Positions 12,224 to 23,636 of a stretch of 64,000 nt of DNA are shown piece after piece. Source of the stretch: Euprymna scolopes (taxonomy: Eukaryota); assembly GCA_053919585.1 (NCBI GenBank), contig CM132794.1. One strand, given 5' to 3'. The stretch's first letter is position 1. Each line of letters begins with the position of its first letter. The notes beneath the pieces were generated by a model. It had not been told where the DNA came from. It saw nothing but the letters and a program-made list of their open reading frames with translations, and did not search any database. The position numbers and the translations under genes were made by a program.

Positions 12224-12673
12224 GTAAGTCATGACGTTTCTTATTTAAAAAAAAAAAAAATGGAACAAATTCTTGAAGTATAAATGCATTCACATCACAG
12301 TGTTATGCATTGACCGACGCTTGTCTCATCTTTGCTGCAACGCGATGCTTTTCTGGAGAATTGTGATATGTGTCAGTGTTGGTTTCTTATTGTTCCTTGG
12401 CAGATAAAACAACCTTTCTCATCTCATGGTTGGGAGGTTTACGTGTTTCTGTGACCATGAAGGCTACCCACTTCACAGGCCTCGATCTCGTACTACAAGA
12501 CTTGCTTTTATTTTTTTTGGAGCCACAAGGAAAAATAAAGAGAAAGAAATCAAGATACATTTAATGTCAAAAGGCAGATGTGTCGAAAACTGGCTATGCA
12601 TATATGGTGCTGGTTGGAGAAGTTTATCAAGGACCAGCATGCTTGGAGAAGACTATAACCAAAGTTGGGTCAT

Positions 12674-12805
12674 NNNNNNNNNNNNNNNNNNNNNNNNNNN
12701 NNNNNNNNNNNNNNNNNNNNNNNNNNNNNNNNNNNNNNNNNNNNNNNNNNNNNNNNNNNNNNNNNNNNNNNNNNNNNNNNNNNNNNNNNNNNNNNNNNNN
12801 NNNNN
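12674..12805. other. N-run (others: 21499-21630, 23637-23766, 34075-34203, 41852-42034)
   Basis: Runs of 132, 132, 130, 129 and 183 N. Confidence 0.98.
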
Positions 12806-13094
12806 TACTATGAAACCTGACATGCAGAGAAAAAGAACAATGTGTTGACGACATAAAAGAGTTAAGGTGTCTTCAAGATGTCCTCATTGTTTTTGGTTGG
12901 TGTAAAGTTCATGTTATTCATTATATATGCGTGTGCAAGCATAAATATTTTGTAGTTTTTTATCTGAATTGAAATAAGAGTTTCTGTATTTTTCATATTT
13001 GGATGGAAAAAGATTTTTTAAAAAATCAGCAGAATGCATGGGAGTCTCCATATAATCTCTTATGTAGTTGTTTTTCCCTATTTTTATTATTGTC

Positions 13095-14343
13095 ATTGCA
13101 TACAGAAATCACTTTTTCCATTGTTTCCAATAGATGTACTGAGACTAAAGCCACTTTCAGGACTGCCAGCAACCACTGCAAAAGAGTAATAAAGAACACA
13201 AGAGAATTGTGTGCTCAGTCCATTAAATTCAAAGTAGCTGAGCAGCAGCTTTGTTGCCACCAGTTTTGGCAAATAGTAAACAGGGTCCTAACAGAAGTGT
13301 GTACTCTATCCCAATCATCATCACCTGGACATAAGGTAATCTCGTCAGTATTGGACAAAGCCAAACTCTTTGCCAAGAACTTTGCAGCTAATTCTACCCT
13401 ATGCAATCAAGGCTGCCAACCCTTTGTATTTCCTCCTGTATCTGAAAACATGCTATGCAACATACAAATATCTGTGCATGATGTTACCAAGCTAATAAAA
13501 AACCTTGATTTCAGTAAAGCAACTGGCCCTGACAGCATTCCAATTATAGTGCTGAAAAAGCTTCAACCAGAACAAGTTCTCGTACTTACAAAGCTGTTTA
13601 AGTGTTGTCTTAAGAAGAATTGCTTCCCAACACCCTGGAAAACCTTATCATTTAATATTTATATTTAAGAATTCAGTTGATTGGTCATCTCTCTCTCAGC
13701 ACAGACCAATCAGTCTCCTGTGTGTCATAAGTAAGTTGCTGGAATTTGTTAAATAGAGAAGTAGTCAACCACCTCAGCAATAATAACCTCTTTAATGATA
13801 TGCTATATGGTTTCAGTTCTGCTAGATCTAAAGCAGATGTGCTAACACTATATCTCATAGCATTAGTGAATCTCTAGATGGAGGGTTCCTTTCTAAGGCA
13901 ATTGCTCTTGACATAGCTCCAGTAGATATCTCACTGCTGATGCAATTCTCTACTTGTATAAGAGTCAAACTGTTGGCACATCTGAGCAGGAGCTACTAGA
14001 TACACATTATCCTGCCTAGACACAGTTCATAATAGACTTTGTAGCCTAGTAGGGGGGGGGATGCCCTTTTCTCTTTCCTGCAACCTTTTTCCCACAGAAG
14101 AGTCGTTGCGAGTTTGTCTCCGCTTTATCGTTATTTTCATAGCATTGTCTGAGCTCTAATCCATGGTCCTCTATTGCCTAACTTTCATGAAAAAACACTC
14201 GTTTAGCTGAAACCAATATCAATAATTTCCCTCACTCTTTATCTGTGCCTAAACCTAAACAGAGATTCCATGAACAAAGTTTCTTTCTTAGAACTGCATG
14301 CCTGTGGAACTCTGTTCTATTTGCCTGCTTTCTAGCTGACTAC
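13095..14343 (+). mobile_element. CR1/Zenon-like LINE, internally deleted and 3'-truncated
   Basis: KAKLFAKNFAANSTL, KATGPDSIP, FP.PWK; colinear with the 43326-46554 copy. Confidence 0.9.
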
Positions 14344-14344
14344 T

Positions 14345-15699
14345 GAAACCGGCATACCTTTAATTAATTAATAACTACAGCCACCAAAATGTTTTGAAGA
14401 ATAGGCTAACATAAATAACTTAACTAAATTAATGAAGGAACCATCCTCTCATAGCCACTTAACACCATCTCAAGCGCTATTGTTTAGTACTGAGCTAAAT
14501 GAAAAGAAATACAGTATGCCATCAAATAGGTAAAGGTGAGTACACTTTGCATACTTAATAATTAAACACCCGAAATTGATTAACTAAAATAATCCAAGGC
14601 TCTAGCATGCTTGTAATTGGAATGTTGATATATACCTATGGGAAGTATTATAGTAAAACAGCATTCCATAAGGAAACCAACCACATAATTGATCCCAAAC
14701 GATAATTAAGTACCATTAACTAGAGGGCTTTGGGAACAGAATACTCCACCAATATAGACAAATATGTGCTATTATGTACCTGTTTGCATGTATATGGTCT
14801 GAAAAACTTATCTCTATAACGAAGCATATAAACCTATAAAATATATTTATACTCTAGTGTTAAAGAAAAGATAAACAAACCAAATGAAAGAATGACAACC
14901 ATCGAAATTAAGTTTATATATAGATTTGAAAACCTTTGCCACTGTAAATACTTCAGACACAAAGGTAGAGTGGAAAATATCGCCCAGTATACCACCTTTA
15001 TTTAAATCATATAAATAGGCTTGTATATCTATTCACTGGCCGTTAATTTAACCATGTGGACATATATCTTACAAATAAACACATAAATAAAGAAAGAAAA
15101 GATTTGAAAATGAGAAGCAAATGAATGGATAAAAAAACTAGGAATAAAATAAATAAATAAATAGAACTCAACAATAAAATCACCACCAAAAAAGAAAAAA
15201 AAAACAACTATAAAAACCAAAGATAGGGAAGTATACAGCAATGAGGGCATAATATTACTTCAGACCAAAGCGAAAACTTAGGCCAATAAACAACCACCAA
15301 GTTAAAATAATACCAATACTCTCCTCGCTGCTACAGCTTGACCAAATAAGATCATACTTCCTCCTCTTCCCTGAACCCCCACCCCTACTCCCTTCCTTCA
15401 CCATACTACCCTCTAAAACCCCTACTGCTCACATTCACAAAGTATACACCCCACTTTCTTCCAAAGCGGAAACCACACCCAAGTATCTTATAAAAAACGA
15501 ATGTAATCTTGACTTTTTTTTGGTCTGATGAGGTGGTCTCCTTGAATTAGGATTCCACTGAAACATGTATACACATATGTAACCAATAATGTTTGTATAA
15601 TAAACAGATTATATACCAGCTCTGTCCTTCATTGAGCACTCTTTAATAATCACACGAGTTTCATTGGATTTAACCTCTAGGAAACCAATCTATACAACC

Positions 15700-15705
<6 letters not shown>
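14345..15705 (+). mobile_element. Probable decayed Penelope-like element 3' end / pseudo-LTR carrying the hammerhead
   Basis: Begins where a CR1 copy is abruptly cut; contains the hammerhead followed by AATAAA (15599-15604) and ends in (TA)n. Coding traces are only faint (EWIKKLG-like near 15120). Confidence 0.4.
15520..15586 (+). ncRNA. Type I hammerhead ribozyme
   Basis: TTGGT-CTGATGA-GGTGG(tc TCCT tgaatt AGGA tt)CCACT-GAAA-CATGT atacac ATATG-TA-ACCAA: complete core CUGAUGA/GAAA/GUA with helices I (5 bp), II (5+4 bp) and III all pairing. Confidence 0.85.
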
Positions 15706-15755
<50 letters not shown>

Positions 15756-15758
<3 letters not shown>

Positions 15759-15917
15759 TCATGATCGGTCCAGTGGTGTAGGCTGTAGGAGAGTTATACA
15801 CACAGACACACATGAACGCTACTACTTATATATATATATATATTTAAGTAGTAGCGTTCATGTGTGTCTGTGTGTATAACTCTCCTACAGCCCACACCAC
15901 TAGACCGATCATGACCA
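15756..15917. repeat. 73-bp-arm inverted repeat centred on (TA)n
   Basis: 15756-15828 is the reverse complement of 15845-15917 with 2 mismatches. Confidence 0.95.
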
Positions 15918-17193
15918 AACCTTGCATGATGATTGTCCCCCACCTAGGGATGGTGCACACTATTTTTCAAGGTTAAGGTCATAGCCTATGTATATATACT
16001 CTCCTACAGCCCACACCACTGGACCGATCATGACCAAACCTTGCATGATGATTGTCCCCCACCTAGGGATGGTGCACACTAGTTTTCAAGGTTAAGGTCA
16101 TAGCCTATGTATAAATACTCTCCTACAGCCCACACTACTAGACCGATCATGACCAAATCTGACATAATGATGGTCCCCCATCTAGGTATGGTGCACACTA
16201 GTTTTCAAGGTTAAAGTCATAGCCTATGTATAAATACTCTCCTACAGCCCACACTACTAGACCGATCATGACCAAATCTGACATAATGATGGTCCCCCAT
16301 CTAGGTATGGTGCACACCATTTTTCAAGTTCATGGTCAAGGATTAAGATCATTTTTGGTGTGGCTCTTCATAAACTCCCCCACCTAGGAATGATGCACAC
16401 CAAGTTGAGGTTCGCCACCATCCGGGGGCCCCCACCATGGTGCCAGCCAACTTCTTTGTGAATTCGAATCAAATCACCTTCCTCCACCCCCATGCGATGG
16501 CTTATGTTCGGTGAATGGGCTGAGTCAACCTATTCATCACTTTCACGACAAATCCAAAGTGGACAGAAATTACAGAAAACTTGCTTCAACGACAAGAACT
16601 TCAGGATCATCCAGATATTATTACCAACGTTTTTAGATAGAAGCTAAAAAAGCTAATGGAATGTATTAAAAATGGAGGATTTGGTAGGTTGAGGGCTTTC
16701 CTGTACAGCAGAAGAGGACTGCTACATGAACACCTCCTCACCTGGCAGGCCCCAAAGGACAAAGTTCAACCACAATAAATGGATCTCTGCAAATATGCAA
16801 AGATCCCTGACAAATAGGAAGACCTTGAACTTCACACAAAAGTGATGGCACATATGGTGCACAGACTTGTGAACCATTGAATCTAAGTTGCCCATGTATG
16901 ATCGACAACAAATGCTCCAAATGTACTCTAAAAATTTCTTCAGTGTACCGAACAAGGCCAGGACTCTTATCCCAAGTACAGGCAAAGGAAACCAGAAGAT
17001 GGAGTGTGGACTGGTACAATAAGGATGAAGAAAAATGGTCGGTATGTGCATCAAGAAATCACAAATCAGTAGATGTTTCTTTACAACAGGGTCCTCCTTC
17101 AGTAGTTCAACGTTTATATTAATGTAGAAATTATAGAAATTTGTACTAAAGTGTACAGCTAAGTCCTGCACGTCGTGCAAGTATCTTTGCTAG
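15829..17193 (+). mobile_element. Internally deleted Helitron with 119-bp tandem repeats and Rep (HUH) coding remnant
   Basis: About 16493-17130 encodes broken AMAYVR..LFITFTTNPKWTEI..DHPDII..VFR*KLKKLM..FG..RGLLHEHLL, HMVH, CPCMIDNKCSK, YPKYRQR, INVE; 3' hairpin TGCACG-T-CGTGCA then CTAG|T at 17190-17193. Confidence 0.85.
15880..16330. repeat. 119-bp tandem repeat x ~3.8 within the Helitron
   Basis: Unit CTCTCCTACAGCCCAC... starts at 15880, 15999, 16118 and 16237. Confidence 0.95.
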
Positions 17194-17263
<70 letters not shown>

Positions 17264-19904
17264 TCAGAACAAAGGTGACGAGTAAAAATAGATATTCGGC
17301 CTGAAATGAGCACCGTTAACCGTTAAATAAATAATGTTATGCTTGCTTCAATTTGTTGACAAACTAAATATTGTAAAACATTATTTGACAAAATAAATTA
17401 TCTCCTTTCTGGTCACAAAACATTTATAATGGAATGAAACTGAGCAACAATATCGGTAGGGAGAATACAATTGATTGTGTCAGGTTTTATTGAAAGTATT
17501 TAACACAATCATTCACAAGTACCTGCTCCAATTGCAGTTGTATATGTAATACGAAGGCCGAACATAAGCGGTAGCATTTTTACTGAGAAAACTCGATTTA
17601 CAATGTGGAATGTGTTTATTAATGTTCAGAAGTAGATAATATAAAGCTAACCTAAGTGGTCAACTATAGTCGAGGACGACCCAAAGGCTCCTTTTTTCAT
17701 CAGTTGTTACAGCATTATTACTCCACTTGCTCTTGATCTTCCTCTTATAATGTAACCCAATGTCGGGAGGGGATGTTTTTTGCCCAATTTTGGTTCATGG
17801 GACCAATTAGTGTAATCAGGCCATCTCCAGAACCTAAACATGGGCTAACCCTAAATTCCCGTGGCTACACTCTTATCTTCGTCTAGTGATGGACTCTTCA
17901 AAATGTAACTAGACACTTGTTATTGGAATTACTGCTCTGATGCTCAAAGCGCACAAAACGTGCACAGCCATAAGTCTGTGTGGCAATACCTTTAACTGGT
18001 TGGTTGGCCATTCGTCATCAGACACTGTAGTTGACTTCTTCTCGTAGGCTCCCTGGTAAATAGCTGGTATATCACTTTTCTCCATGCTCTTTGGGCTGGT
18101 TATGGTGTCGGTGCTGTAATTAACTATGTTTTCAAATCAAAGCAATTCAATAATCAAAGATACATCAAAGATCATTTTCTTATAAATGAGAATAATTATT
18201 CATAAGATACTTCAGGGCACACTTTGTGTAAAGGAAAGTTAACTTCTTCGAGTTCCTAATGGTTTCAAGATGCAGGATTTTTCAACTTGGATTCTTTCAG
18301 ATGGTTTCTCAGTCAGAGGAGGAAGAGCTTTCCACTTAGCTCTTTTGGGGAGATCAGCTTTTGGACTTTAGCCCCAAAACGATGCATGCTCTTCAACGGC
18401 CAGCAAACAAGTCCTCCTTTTATCTGCTAACTGAAAAGGTTTATTATGAAATCCTAATTTCGACCACCATCTCTTTAAGAATAGCATTTCCTCCTCTGTC
18501 GTTTGGAAATTAGCATTTCTCCTTCTTCTTTTATTATCTCTTCCCTTCCCCTTTTTTTTCTTTTTCTGAATCTCTTTTCTTTCTTTCTCTCTCTTATTCC
18601 ATATTTCTCTTTCCCTCTCTTTTCCTTTGTTCTAAAGAAATTTTATTATCAAACTAGGTCAGAGGTCTGCATCCAGCCAAACAGCTATAACAATCTTTTA
18701 CTGCATGTTATCAAAACTAAATTAACGAATAGAAAATAAAGCCTATCCAAAATCTTCTTTCATTATAACAGATGTCTGATTAGCAATAACTTGTTGATAT
18801 TTCGTTAGGGAGCTGTCATCTCAATTATAATCGAGAGGCCTATTTTCCTGCCAATTTGGAAAAATACATATTGTTTTATTATTCTGCTAAAGCATCTAGA
18901 TTCTTTGACCAAGTATCAACATCCCCGATAGCTTCATATTCACCAAGAAAACAATCTGGTACTGTCTCATTAGAATAATGCTGAGTGTTTTGCAACGGGC
19001 ATCAAGTACCATTTTTAAGTCTTTGGTATGACTCAACCAATGATTGAATCCCATTAGCAAACACTCTTACCTTTACATTAAATGTGCTGGTTAGACTTAA
19101 AGCAAGTCTTGAAATAGATAAAATTTGGTCAAATGATAAAGATACAGCCCTTTGCTGATTGTCATACAAGAGTCGCAAGAGGCAACTTCTTACTGTCAAT
19201 GCCTAAGAGAACTTAAAAATACCCCGAGAAACTCCTCAACAAAGTGAAACAGCCAGTCAAACCAGGCATACTCTCAGATGGGAAGAATTGTGAAGACTAG
19301 AGTTGTGCAATGCGCAGAAAAACATGTGGCTAGTTGACGTGACAACAAAGTTTTTTCCAAACCATGATGCTCTTTGGGCAAATTTTTAGTCATTTCTTCA
19401 AAAAGGAATTAGAGTCGATTTAGATGACTATATCGAAAACATCATAAGTGAGGTTTATCAGTTCTGGATTTGTTAATTTGTAGATATGTTCTTAATTTTT
19501 TTTTTTTTTTTTAAGCTGCCAGTCCGATCAGATGATTTCCCAGCAAAATATTAGGGATTTTTTATCCGCTTGCGACTACTCCATTTATGGGGATTGGTTG
19601 ATGTTGGGTAGTTTTTTCTTTTAGATAAGTTTATGAAAATAAAAGATTGTTTGAACATTAATTTTTCTAACAAGTTATAAAAATAACCAAAAGCTTTACA
19701 AAGGTTGAAGGAAATCAGTGGGAACTAATTACTTATATAAGGCTGTTGCCTTATCTTTATTATAAAAGTTTATTATAAAAGTTTATTATAAAAGTTGCTT
19801 TTCAATGCTTATCATTACACAAGTTGCAGTTTGACCTCCAAAATTTTAGATCATTATTCTCTGTGAGTGGCATTCTCTGCCTAATTTTTTTTTTTATTAC
19901 TTCA

Positions 19905-20339
19905 ATTCACCAGAAGCAAAGTGAATTGCCACTGAGATATAAGAGGCTGCTGTGAATTAGGCACATCCTAAGTGAGTAGTAGTGCAGCGGAATGTTTGTT
20001 CACATTACATTTAATTTTTTGCATGTGGGTATACTCAGGGAAACAGAGAGCAGAGAGGTAATTCCAAAGTCAAATGAATCAAGAAAATAAGCTATTAAGA
20101 ATAGCAAGTCTTTTAGCATCTACAAACTTCTACAATGAAAGGGTGTGATTTTGCTGCTTCTCAGGTTGGTTAGGGATAATTAGATTAAGGAAATACAAGT
20201 GCAGCAAGTTTGTCATAGTACATTCCATTGATGTACTTGTAAAATAAGCAGAAACCTTAATATCATAGCAATTGGACAGGCATTGGAGCTTAGTTGACAG
20301 TATGGGACATATCAGGTTAAATACTTTTTTTGGGACCCT

Positions 20340-20405
<66 letters not shown>

Positions 20406-20640
20406 TGGTTGATACACTAATCCAGATGTGATAGCAATACTCCATGGACAAATGGTGGCGCTGTAAAGATACAGGATACTTGCAGAAGTTTGTAGTTAGT
20501 AGAAATAGCTTACCTTCTTTGCAGCAGACTTGTCAGTATCTTATTTATTCCAATTCATGTTACTTGTGAATGTTATGTCGACAAGTTTGAATGCTGGAGA
20601 TCTTGAGAACCATTGTAATTCATGGTTGGAAAGGTTTGTT
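19905..20640 (-). mobile_element. Older CR1/Zenon-related LINE 3' part, interrupted by (AG)n
   Basis: Minus-strand traces of MEYCYHIW, ..YKYING and LWNYLS..FP; similar old copy at 35680-36330 (+). Confidence 0.6.
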
Positions 20641-21997
20641 ATAATTTTATATCTAAAATTCAAGTTTTGTTTGTCTGTAAATTAACATTTTTTTTTGCAT
20701 TATTTAATGCCAATTTTAAATAATTCAACATAAATGATTAAAACCACGTAATTTGCTATTTCACTTATAGCTCAGGGAGTGAAATATCGTATTCATACCT
20801 TTCCTTATAGTCTCAGTATTTAATTAACTACAATAGATCTAATTAGAACCAACCTCATAGTTTGTGAATATATCCATAACATCAATAAGATTGAAAAACC
20901 CACATTTTCTTTGTTTGTTTTTGTTTTTTTTTACTTCCCGTTCGGTCGTTTAAAAAAGTAATATCAAAGATTTTTTCAAGTGGTTTCTTTCAATTTGTTT
21001 GCTTATTATGGCTGACATGCTGAAGATGTTTAATAGAAAGGAGAGAAAGTTAGAATGGTTTCTGTGAATTATTCTGGTGTTTGGCGGCACCAATTCTGAC
21101 TGATACTTTTCTGTTGTTATCAACTTACCAGTTGGATGGTTCTCTGTACACATCACGACTGGCATCTTCATTTCATGCTGGCAGCAACGTCCTAGAGTGA
21201 AACATGTTTTGGCTTCTCTGTCATTCTCAGTGGCAATGTGAGGCAAAACAATCCCCCCATCAATCCACACCCTAACCCAAAATTACAAAATTACAACGAA
21301 ACATAAAAAATAAGGAGAAAAGATTTAGGACAGAAATAATCGCAGTCTGCTACAAAAGGTAAATGAATTTAATAAAAAAGAAAAAAAACGTAAAAAAAAA
21401 AAAAATGCTAACTTTGATCCAAACGCCAACAAGAAATGGATAGGAAAATGGTTCTCACATTTCTCAAAGAGAAAATCGTTTATGAGTTTGGATGGGTGNN
21501 NNNNNNNNNNNNNNNNNNNNNNNNNNNNNNNNNNNNNNNNNNNNNNNNNNNNNNNNNNNNNNNNNNNNNNNNNNNNNNNNNNNNNNNNNNNNNNNNNNNN
21601 NNNNNNNNNNNNNNNNNNNNNNNNNNNNNNGATGCTGCATATATCTGTAACCATGGAAACCTGCTTCAATCTTTGACTGCAATGCACACACGCACACACA
21701 CACACACACACACACACCCTGATGATCCAGCCATTTGACTATTCTCCAAATGTTAAAAAGAAAGAGGAAACCCTAAATATTTAGTGGTTTCGGTATGTAC
21801 CATTTCAGTGAAAAGCACACCTAACAGACTTGCACTTTGGGCCCCTAATTATTCATTTACCGATGACAACGATGTTTGATTTACTTTCTTGCCTTTATTA
21901 TTGAAGATTTTACTTCTCGTTCTTTAATTCTATTGTTTTGTGTTTATCAAGAAAAGTTGCGTCCCTTCATATATGACTTTATATACAGATATAATAA

Positions 21998-22416
21998 TCT
22001 ATAATATAAATCTCATCTGTCTGTTTAAATGTATACATGAGTGCATGTATGTATTTATGTCTGCCTAAAACTTTCAACGGAGGCAAAGGATTTTTCACAA
22101 GATCAGTATCGTTTTGAAGCTCGACCCTTCGGGCGACAAATGTAAAAAAATTGGCTAAAAACATTCATTCCTTCACCCTCAACTGGGCACTTTTCTACAG
22201 GAAGGGGTTACTTTTTTTCGCCGATATTTTTGAAAGTCATCCCCTTTTTTCAATTTAAACCTTCACCACTTCCAATTTGGTGATGGATGTAACAGCAAAG
22301 ACGTCATTTTCTTTTCCTCCTTCGCAGTACGGGTTCAAGCCTACCTGCCTACTACCACTTTTTTTTGATCAACTCACACCTCCAAACACCCGGGCAACGC
22401 AGAGAACCCAGGCTAG
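21998..22416 (+). mobile_element. Non-autonomous Helitron (family H2)
   Basis: A|TCTATAATATAAAT start, CCCGGGCAACGC... subterminal motif, CTAG|T end; body homologous to 42770-43178. Confidence 0.75.
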
Positions 22417-22424
22417 TATGACAT

Positions 22425-23636
22425 AAGAAGGAGAAAGCAGCAACCATAGAAAGAAAATTGAAATCTTAGGAAGATCTCCATTATTCCGGTAATTATACTA
22501 GCAATCAATCAAACTCATGAAACAGAATTTCAAAAACTACCTGGCGAATATATCAAGTGTAAGAGAGATACAAACAGTTGCACTTAAAGGGACAATTAGA
22601 ATCCTAAAAAGATCTCTTGGCTGGAGTCATTGAACTAGAGGATCAATGTCTGACATCTGCTAGGATGCTCCATCGCCACAAAAACAAAAAGATAAGAAAA
22701 TCAAAAAGCAGAGAGTCGGTACATATGCCTAAAATGTAAGCCTCAGAAGCTATCAAGGCAGTAATAAAAAGAACAAACACCACCTTCCATAATAGACTTG
22801 TGCCAACCAACACATCTTCCACATAACTGAATCAAGTTATTTCGGCTGTAGAACTATACACTCCCACAATTCCAAAACCAATGGCAGTTCAAAGCACCAA
22901 GGATAAAAACAACACCGAAAACTTGGAAGCTGAAGTGGCAACAGCAAATTAACCTGTTCAGAAAGGAATTGTCGCAGATCAAACAATTCCTTGCAGCCTT
23001 TATAGGGCCAGATCAGCTGACGAACATCATCTGTAGGTTTAGTTTGAAATATAAAACTAAAAATACAGAGAAAAGTAAAAACATTGTGAAGGATCTGAAA
23101 AGCAAGATACCAGCACTTGCCAAAAAAATTTAAAAACAATAAAAACAAAACAAAATTGGAAAATAAAAATTTCAATAAAAATGCGAGAATATTCTACTGG
23201 AACTTTATGAGAGAAACAATAACTGCATAAAAGTCACTTGAAAAACAAGAGCTTGAAGAATACTGGAGGTCTCTGTGTCAGAATGAAGGATCATATAATC
23301 AAAAGACCCAGTTGATTTTGGATATAGTTCAAAGACCAAGCCTGAAATGCCAGAGCCAGAAATACTTCCTGGAACGATAAAGAGAAAGATAAAATGATTC
23401 TAGAATCATAAAAGAACATCCAATTTCAGGCTAAAACAACTAACAGCACTTAATAATGATTGCTTCACGAGATTTGAGAGGCAAGGAACTCACACCGGCA
23501 TAGCTAGTAAAAAGCAATACAACCCTCATATCAAAAATGAGTAAGACAACACCCTAATAAATACAGACTAGTTGTTAATTTCTAAGATTATTCTTGAAGA
23601 CTGTAGGAATATTCCTCATTTCATCCACTCTGGGAT
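22425..23636 (+). mobile_element. R4/Dong-like retrotransposon fragments (3' end followed by pre-RT/RT N-terminal region)
   Basis: 22430-22700 matches 1850-2100; downstream broken frames ELEEYWRSL and NFRLKQLTAL. Confidence 0.6.
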
